Shown here: one piece after another, positions 58,029 to 64,000 of the stretch
How positions within the stretch are numbered: the stretch's first letter is position 1
Layout: each line of letters begins with the position of its first letter
Assembly: GCA_021811145.1 (NCBI GenBank)
Contig: JAJZPN010000005.1
Location: forward strand, 15,409 to 79,408
DNA length: 64,000 nucleotides
Source: Pseudomonadota bacterium
Lineage (GTDB): Bacteria > Pseudomonadota > Gammaproteobacteria > Burkholderiales > Ferrovaceae
Reading direction: 5' to 3'
The notes under the pieces: model-generated
What the model saw: the letters and a program-made list of their open reading frames with translations, nothing else
Told to the model about the DNA's origin: nothing
The model's database searches: none
Position numbers and translations under genes: made by a program

Positions 58029-58050
58029 TTCCCGGCATTCAAGCCGGGAA
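58029..58050. terminator. GC-rich hairpin between the convergent AKR and entericidin-like genes; the T-run is on the minus-strand side
   Basis: ttcccggc-attcaa-gccgggaa. The minus strand continues tattattttt, so it fits an intrinsic terminator for the entericidin-like gene. It may also stop AKR transcripts. Confidence 0.6.
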
Positions 58051-58162
58051 TAAGTGAACAGTTTCTTAAGTTAAATCTCATCTACCTGAAAGTAATTAAC
58101 TAACCACTCTTGCCTCACACAATGTTTTTTGGCTAATAGAGAGATAGGTTCAAAGATTCGGC

Positions 58163-58288
58163 TCAAGGCATGTGACTGCGTGTCCAGTCTGCTGATTTTT
58201 CAATGTCTTTACCCAATCCTTCCACCGTATTACAAGCAGTTAGAACACTTGCACAAAGAACAAGAAAAATTATTCTCTTAACAATCAT
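58163..58288 (-). CDS. Entericidin EcnA/EcnB-family small lipoprotein (41 aa)
   Basis: Not in the ORF track. MIVKRIIFLVLCASVLTACNTVEGLGKDIEKSADWTRSHMP* has the lipobox LTAC followed by NT.EG.GKDI, as in E. coli EcnA/EcnB. GAGG lies 8 nt upstream of the ATG. Confidence 0.7.
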   Translation of the reverse strand: MIVKRIIFLVLCASVLTACNTVEGLGKDIEKSADWTRSHMP

Positions 58289-58374
58289 TTTCTACCTCTT
58301 TTCTCTAAAAAAGCTTATATTGACCTTGGTATCCACATCAAGATAGTATCACTTGTTTAAGTAGTGAGTAATGC

Positions 58375-59958
58375 ATGTTAAAGTTTCGCCCCGTTCATTT
58401 AGGGCTATATATTAGTTTACTGTTGTGGTTTGGAAATACTCAAGCTGCTAATGAACCTATACCTGTTAATGAGGAAGGGGGGGCTCTTATATCCGTTCCT
58501 GATGCCATTGCTAGCGTTAAAAAAGACAAATCAACCCCCACTACCGATTCCCTTAATATCAACACAGAGGGTAGTGACAATCAATTAAATACAGCAACCC
58601 AACCCTTAAGTATTGAGACAACCTCAGATGATTTATGGGATCGCATTCGCGCAGGTTTTGCCATGCCTGAGTTAAACGATTCTAAACGTATACAAAGACA
58701 AATTGATTGGTATGCAGCACGACCTGATTATGTTGAGCGTACTGTGGACCGTAGTAGAAAATACCTATTCTTCATCGTTGAAGAAGTACAGCGACGTAAA
58801 ATGCCAACTGAAATCGCTTTATTACCTATCGTTGAAAGCGCCTTTAACCCCCATGCTCTGTCCATTAGTCAGGCTTCTGGTATATGGCAGTTTATTCCTG
58901 CCACAGGGCGTCATTATGGTATGGAACAGAGTTGGTGGTATGACGGACGCCGCGATGTGGTTGCTGCCACCAATAGCGCTTTAGACTATATTCAACGCCT
59001 TCATGATGAATTTGGTTCATGGGAATTGGCTTTAGCAGGATATAACTGTGGTGAAGGAAAAGTTCGCCGTGAGATTGCTTACAATCGAGCGCGTAACCTA
59101 CCAACTGATTACTTAAGTCTTAATCTACCTTATGAAACAAGAAATTACGTACCAAAACTATTGGCTGCTAAAGCGATTGTATTGGATCCTAAACGCTATG
59201 GCTTAACACTTGATTCCATCCCTAATGAACCGTATTTTGCTGTGGTCACCACTAAAAAAAGAATTGATACTAAACTGGCCGCCCAATTTGCTGGTATGAG
59301 TTTAGCTGACTTTGTTATGCTCAACCCTGCTTTTAATCACTCAATTATTACTCTGAACTTTAATCACGAGCAAAATATTCTTGTACCAGCCGCTATGGCG
59401 GATAGTTTTGTTGCCAAGTTAGAAGACCCACAAGTAAAATTACAAACTTGGAAAACTGAGCACTTAAAGCGTGGTGAATCACTAGATCAGGTTGCCAATC
59501 GCTTTGGTATCACCACAGAAGAATTGAAACAAGTTAATGGTATCGCCAACAACAAAAAAGTTGCCGGTGGAGGAACCGTCCTAGTCCCTGATGACTCAGG
59601 AGCAGATGATCAAAGTTCCGAGGATAATGGTAAACCTGAGGGAGCGATTCCTTCTCCATCAACCAATAAAAAACCAGTAAAAGTCAAAATTCAGAAGCAT
59701 GATAGCCTTGAGAGCCTTGCGCAAAAATATAACACCACCGCAACGCAACTCGCTCAATGGAATCACCTGAAAGTAAACAGTAAACTTAAGCCTGGACGTT
59801 GGTTAATTGTGGAGTTTAATGCTGATTCAACTGGCACTGGGACTAAACATTACGCACAATCAACGCATCACTCCTCACAAAATAAAGCCTCTCACACTCA
59901 CGGCCATTCTCATAAACATCATCACCATCACCAAAGCGCTAAAGCAAGTAACCCTTAG
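58375..59958 (+). CDS. mltD: Membrane-bound lytic murein transglycosylase D-like (SLT domain plus LysM repeats) with a His-rich tail
   Basis: Signal peptide; SLT catalytic region LPIVESAFNPHALSISQASGIWQF; two or more LysM-like segments (LDQVANRFGITTEELKQVNG and LESLAQKYNTTATQLAQWNHL); tail HTHGHSHKHHHHHQ. Confidence 0.85.
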   Translation: MLKFRPVHLGLYISLLLWFGNTQAANEPIPVNEEGGALISVPDAIASVKKDKSTPTTDSLNINTEGSDNQLNTATQPLSIETTSDDLWDRIRAGFAMPELNDSKRIQRQIDWYAARPDYVERTVDRSRKYLFFIVEEVQRRKMPTEIALLPIVESAFNPHALSISQASGIWQFIPATGRHYGMEQSWWYDGRRDVVAATNSALDYIQRLHDEFGSWELALAGYNCGEGKVRREIAYNRARNLPTDYLSLNLPYETRNYVPKLLAAKAIVLDPKRYGLTLDSIPNEPYFAVVTTKKRIDTKLAAQFAGMSLADFVMLNPAFNHSIITLNFNHEQNILVPAAMADSFVAKLEDPQVKLQTWKTEHLKRGESLDQVANRFGITTEELKQVNGIANNKKVAGGGTVLVPDDSGADDQSSEDNGKPEGAIPSPSTNKKPVKVKIQKHDSLESLAQKYNTTATQLAQWNHLKVNSKLKPGRWLIVEFNADSTGTGTKHYAQSTHHSSQNKASHTHGHSHKHHHHHQSAKASNP

Positions 59959-61606
59959 GAATAGCTGAAATTAGATTTTGTGTGTAGGGCATTTGAGGAG
60001 ATTGAATCACATGATCGCTCTGCCCCGTTTCAACCACACGCCCTTGATGCATCACCATGATCTCATCTGACATGTAACGCACCACTGATAAATCATGAGA
60101 AATAAAAATCAAACTGATTTTAAATTGATCTTGCAAATCTTGAAGAAGATTTAAAACCTGAGCTTGTACTGATACATCTAGGGCTGAGACAGATTCGTCA
60201 CACACAAGAATATGTGGTTTTAGGGCAAGACAACGGGCAATGGCAATACGCTGGCGTTGCCCTCCTGAGAACTCGTGAGGGTAACGCGATAGCATAGTAC
60301 TACTCAACCCCACTAACCCAACTAAACGCTCAACCTCTTGCTTTCTCTGTTGCCTGGTCATATCAGGAAAATGCAATAGTAATGGTTCTTCTATAATCTG
60401 AAATATAGTAAAACGAGGATTTAATGACGCATAGGGATTTTGAAAAATAATCTGAATGAGTTGTGCTGTCCCAATCACGTTATGAAGATCTTGATGATAA
60501 TCAATGTGCCCTTGTGTCATGGGAATTATGCCCGCCAACATCAAGCCCAACGTTGTTTTACCAGAACCGGATTCACCAACAATGCCGAGCGTTTTTCCTC
60601 GATAAAGAGTACAAGATACATCCTTCACTGCATCAAAATAAGTCCGTGAAAACAAACCTTGAGTAACAGGAAAGCGTTTTGACACCCCTTTGACACTCAT
60701 TAACACCTGATCCATGGCGCCTATCCCACGTACTCTTTCACGCTGTGGCTCTATGCCATGATGGGGAGCAGCGAGTAGCTCCTCTACCACGGGTAAATGA
60801 AATGGCCTGTGCGCTAAAGAGGGACGGCAAAGTAGTAACGCACGTGTGTACGGGTCCTGGGCGTCTTTAAAAATAGTGCGAGTAATACCTACTTCACGTA
60901 TGCTGCCATGGCGCATCACAACCACCTTATCAGCAAACTCACCCACCAGAGCAAGGTCATGGGTAATAAATAGTACAGCCATATGACGCTCATTCGTCAA
61001 CTGTTTGATTAACTCTAATATTTGTCTTTGTATGGTGACATCTAAAGCCGTAGTGGGCTCATCAGCAATTAATAGTTGCGGCTCTCCGCATATTGCCATA
61101 GCAATCATGACACGTTGTTGTTGACCACCAGAGAGTTCATGGGGATAGGCATCAAAACGTCGGTTAGGCTCTGGAATACCGACTTCAGACAATAATTCCA
61201 GAGCACGCAGGCGTGCCTCTTTATAACCTAAACTCAAGTGCAGTGTAATCCCTTCCATCAACTGTTCACCCACCGTCATGACAGGGTTCAAAGAGGACAT
61301 AGGGTCTTGAAATATCATACCAATCTTTTTACCGCGTAACTGCCGATGCTGTTGTCGACTTAACTGAGTCAAGTTTTGATCATGCCAATTGATAGTACTG
61401 TGTTCATCAATAGATACTAGATCTTCAGGTAATAAACCCATAATGGCTAATGCCGTTACAGATTTACCACTACCGGATTCGCCAACTAAGGCTAAGGTTT
61501 GTCCCTTTTCAATATCAAAGGAAATATCATTTAATACCTGTTTGGATGTGTCACCTTGCTTAAAAAAAAGGGACAGATGCTGAACTGATAAGAGTGGTTT
61601 ATTCAT
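59939..61606 (-). CDS. yejF: Fused double ABC ATPase of a peptide/opine-type importer (YejF-like)
   Basis: Two Walker A motifs (GESGSGKS twice), two LSGGQ signatures (LSGGQQQR and FSGGQRQR) and two Walker B motifs. The ATG at 61606 abuts the upstream permease stop. Confidence 0.75.
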   Translation of the reverse strand: MNKPLLSVQHLSLFFKQGDTSKQVLNDISFDIEKGQTLALVGESGSGKSVTALAIMGLLPEDLVSIDEHSTINWHDQNLTQLSRQQHRQLRGKKIGMIFQDPMSSLNPVMTVGEQLMEGITLHLSLGYKEARLRALELLSEVGIPEPNRRFDAYPHELSGGQQQRVMIAMAICGEPQLLIADEPTTALDVTIQRQILELIKQLTNERHMAVLFITHDLALVGEFADKVVVMRHGSIREVGITRTIFKDAQDPYTRALLLCRPSLAHRPFHLPVVEELLAAPHHGIEPQRERVRGIGAMDQVLMSVKGVSKRFPVTQGLFSRTYFDAVKDVSCTLYRGKTLGIVGESGSGKTTLGLMLAGIIPMTQGHIDYHQDLHNVIGTAQLIQIIFQNPYASLNPRFTIFQIIEEPLLLHFPDMTRQQRKQEVERLVGLVGLSSTMLSRYPHEFSGGQRQRIAIARCLALKPHILVCDESVSALDVSVQAQVLNLLQDLQDQFKISLIFISHDLSVVRYMSDEIMVMHQGRVVETGQSDHVIQSPQMPYTQNLISAIPKGYLL

Positions 61607-61607
61607 G

Positions 61608-62651
61608 TTATGCCACAACCTTGGGGTCAAGTGCGTCACGTAGCGTATCTGTTAGCACACTAAAAGCAGTCACTAAAATAGCCATGGCCGCTCCAGCGCC
61701 AAGTAATTGCCACCAAATACCAAGTACTAACTCATTTTGTGCTTCATTGAGCATACTGCCCCAAGAAACCACATCCACAGGGACACCAAATCCTAGGAAA
61801 CTTAAAATGACTTCAGATTTAATAAAGCCAACCACATTGATAGACAATTGAACTAAGATCACATGAAAGGTATTGGGAAGAATATGAATAAACATTCGTC
61901 TATAGTGAGACGCTCCCATGGCTTTTGCTGCTAATACATATTCTCGCTGACGGTGTTTTAAATATTCAGCCCGTATTAAGCGAAAGACCCCCGTCCAACC
62001 CGTTAACCCTAGTATTAAAATGATCGTTGTTACTCCCTTTTGATTGAGTACTGCAGCAATGGCAAATATGAGTAACAAATAAGGAATCGCTGTAAATACG
62101 TTATAAAACCAATTCAGTAAATCATCAACCCAACCACCAAAATAGCCTGCCAGAGCACCTAACACTGTACCAATACAAGTAGCGACGATGGCTGCAATAA
62201 GCCCCACCATAATTGATGTTTCGCTGCCTTTAATGGTTTTAAGAGCAACACTTCTACCCCATTTATCAGCCCCTAATAATAAATGCGTTAATTTCTTTTC
62301 ATCATTAGGAGGCATTGTGTCTTGAGGATGCGCCAGTTCAATTTGATTTAGTACCGCAGACAAAGGATCATGTAAACCGTATAAATTGATTTGTTGACGA
62401 GCTATCACCGGCCTTGAAACTGTATCAGTATGTTCCTTACTGGTATCTAAAAAAGATGGAGGAGCATAATTCACCGCTATCTCTTCATCCCAGTTTTGAG
62501 CAATCAATCCTGTGAAAGAACCCACACTAAGTAGAATAAAAAAGAGAACAATACCTAAAGAGAGCATCCCTATTTTGTCTCGTACTAAACGGGCACATGC
62601 TAAATTCCATAAGCTGGGTGAAAAGGATGGGCTTGTTGTAGTGTGATTCAT
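61608..62651 (-). CDS. yejE: ABC transporter permease (YejE/DppC-like)
   Basis: 6 TM with the EAA-type loop AAKAMGASHYRRMFIHILPN. Operon position 3 of 4. Confidence 0.7.
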   Translation of the reverse strand: MNHTTTSPSFSPSLWNLACARLVRDKIGMLSLGIVLFFILLSVGSFTGLIAQNWDEEIAVNYAPPSFLDTSKEHTDTVSRPVIARQQINLYGLHDPLSAVLNQIELAHPQDTMPPNDEKKLTHLLLGADKWGRSVALKTIKGSETSIMVGLIAAIVATCIGTVLGALAGYFGGWVDDLLNWFYNVFTAIPYLLLIFAIAAVLNQKGVTTIILILGLTGWTGVFRLIRAEYLKHRQREYVLAAKAMGASHYRRMFIHILPNTFHVILVQLSINVVGFIKSEVILSFLGFGVPVDVVSWGSMLNEAQNELVLGIWWQLLGAGAAMAILVTAFSVLTDTLRDALDPKVVA

Positions 62652-63586
62652 TTTAAACTCACCCGTGGATCAAGATAGCGGTATAGTAAGTCAGCCGCCA
62701 AATTAGCAAACATCGTGGCAATTGCCACATACACAGTGGCGGCTTTAATAATCGGAAAGTCACTGCGCTCCACTGCTAGAATAATTTCACGTCCAATGCC
62801 TGGAATCGCAAAAAAACGCTCTAATAAAAACGCCCCTGTTAATAATCCAGGAAGGCTCATGAGTAAATTAGTTAAGATGGGTATAGCAGCATTTTTAAGT
62901 ACATGTTTGAATAAAACACGGCTTTCAGTCAATCCTTTAGCTCGCGCTGTTCTGACATAATCTTGATTGATTTCATCTAAGATAAAAGTACGATAAAGAC
63001 GTAAGGAAGGGGCAATGCTCACCATTAATCCCAAGAAAATTGGCAGTGGTGCGTAATACGTTAAATTTCGCCATAGTGAATCACCCCATCCCTTCACAGG
63101 AAACCAACCTAACCATGAGGCGAATATATATTGTCCTACAATAATGTAGACCAATAAGCTAATAGACATCATTACCGTACTTAGCACCATGAGAGATTGA
63201 TCTAAGATAGAGCGTCGAAACACTGATACCAACAAAGCAAAACACACAGCCGATACTGTTTCAATGACCATCATGGGAATTAATAAAACGAGAGAGGGCC
63301 CAAGGCGAGTTGCAAAAATATGAGAGACACTCTCATGAGTAGCCCAGCTGTCCCCAAAGTTTCCTGACACAATTTGTTGAATAAAAATCCACAACTGACT
63401 ATACCAAGGTTGATCAATACCTAATTGGTGGCGAATATTGGCAATATCCTCAGGGCTTGCCATTTTACCTGCCAATATATAAGCAGGATCCCCTCCCACC
63501 CAATTAAATAAAAAAAACACCAAGAGAATCACACCCAATAAGGTAGGGATCATTTGCAACAGTCGTCGTATAAAAAAAGCCCACAT
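62648..63586 (-). CDS. yejB: ABC transporter permease (YejB/DppB-like)
   Basis: FIRRLLQMIPTLLGV start and the EAA loop YVRTARAKGLTESRVLFKHVLKNA. Confidence 0.7.
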   Translation of the reverse strand: MWAFFIRRLLQMIPTLLGVILLVFFLFNWVGGDPAYILAGKMASPEDIANIRHQLGIDQPWYSQLWIFIQQIVSGNFGDSWATHESVSHIFATRLGPSLVLLIPMMVIETVSAVCFALLVSVFRRSILDQSLMVLSTVMMSISLLVYIIVGQYIFASWLGWFPVKGWGDSLWRNLTYYAPLPIFLGLMVSIAPSLRLYRTFILDEINQDYVRTARAKGLTESRVLFKHVLKNAAIPILTNLLMSLPGLLTGAFLLERFFAIPGIGREIILAVERSDFPIIKAATVYVAIATMFANLAADLLYRYLDPRVSLK

Positions 63587-64000
63587 TTAATGTGCTTCCT
63601 GTTTAGTATCAATGTCTAAGTAAGACCACGTGGAGGGTAAAATAGGATGGGCTTTGTATCCTATTACCCAGGGCTGAATAAGTACGTTTCTAATATGGCT
63701 GGTACTGACTTTAGTGACTCCATCAATTTCTAATAATCTTGCTAGTTGTTTATAAATGTCATCGCGCTCGGGTGAGTCTGGTAGCATCTCAGTTTTTTCA
63801 TATAACTTATCCCATTGTGAATTTTGATAGCAGGATGCGTTATTTTCATGAGTATGGGGGCCATACCACAGTTGCATAAAATTATCTCCATCAGGATAAT
63901 CCGCAATCCATGATGATAAGCGCATGGCTACCCGACACTGTCTTTCTGCTCTGATAATTTCAGGAAACTTCAGTTTTTCACTGACAAAATGAATACCAAT
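63587..64000 (-). CDS. yejA: Family-5 extracellular solute-binding protein (YejA-like), C-terminal part; the gene continues past the right edge
   Basis: The reading frame is open to the window end. The tail ...WIADYPDGDNFMQLWYG... is typical of SBP_bac_5 proteins. It lies immediately upstream of the two permeases. Confidence 0.65.
   Translation of the reverse strand: MGIHFVSEKLKFPEIIRAERQCRVAMRLSSWIADYPDGDNFMQLWYGPHTHENNASCYQNSQWDKLYEKTEMLPDSPERDDIYKQLARLLEIDGVTKVSTSHIRNVLIQPWVIGYKAHPILPSTWSYLDIDTKQEAH

Larger units (their letters stand above)
54697..58374. other. Accessory insertion between gloB and mltD (antiporter, toxin-antitoxin remnant, aldo-keto reductase, entericidin-like gene, long AT-rich spacers)
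   Basis: It interrupts the dnaQ-rnhA-yafS-gloB-mltD order known from E. coli. Composition and strandedness are mixed, it contains a pseudogene, and its spacers are unusually long for this window. Confidence 0.55.

Overview
This is a gene-dense chromosomal segment of roughly 40% GC (estimated by eye) with about 65 protein genes and 2 tRNAs. It comes from a proteobacterium. The conserved blocks point to a beta/gamma-proteobacterial core, but I cannot name the species. Those blocks are tsaB-rimI-UDG, aminotransferase-hom-thrC, surE-pcm-nlpD, tRNA-Val-thrS-infC-rpmI-rplT-pheST-ihfA-merR-tRNA-Pro, moaA-mobA-moeA and dnaQ-rnhA-yafS-gloB-mltD. Most of the window is ordinary housekeeping. It covers translation, threonine and molybdopterin biosynthesis, the E2/E3 subunits of pyruvate dehydrogenase, ClpB, MgtA, OmpR/EnvZ, DNA repair and a YejABEF-like ABC importer. 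Two patches look accessory. (1) At 30.9-34.45 kb, next to the 3' end of tRNA-Pro(GGG), sits a ~31% GC two-component pair (7TMR-DISM kinase plus LuxR-type regulator). It is followed by an ~0.86 kb, ~60% GC islet carrying only a vapBC toxin-antitoxin operon with its own promoter and operator. (2) At 54.7-58.4 kb, about 3.7 kb is inserted between gloB and mltD, which are adjacent in E. coli. The insert carries a GC-elevated cation:proton antiporter, an intact RHH antitoxin beside a relE/parE toxin broken by several frameshifts, an aldo-keto reductase, and an entericidin-like lipoprotein too short for the ORF track. I hand-called several elements missing from the ORF track: typA at the left edge, both tRNAs, the RHH antitoxin, the relE pseudogene and the entericidin-like gene. 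I also hand-called a sigma-32-type promoter for clpB, sigma-70-type promoters for mgtA and vapBC, and several hairpins. I saw no CRISPR array, IS element, integrase, prophage or rRNA. I did not find a convincing new multi-gene system. The best leads are the tRNA-Pro composite patch, the divergent HDAC/Pat acetylation pair, the gloB-mltD cassette with its decaying toxin-antitoxin locus, and a Cys-rich insertion in ThrC. All product calls rest on motif and family recognition by eye, not on database searches.
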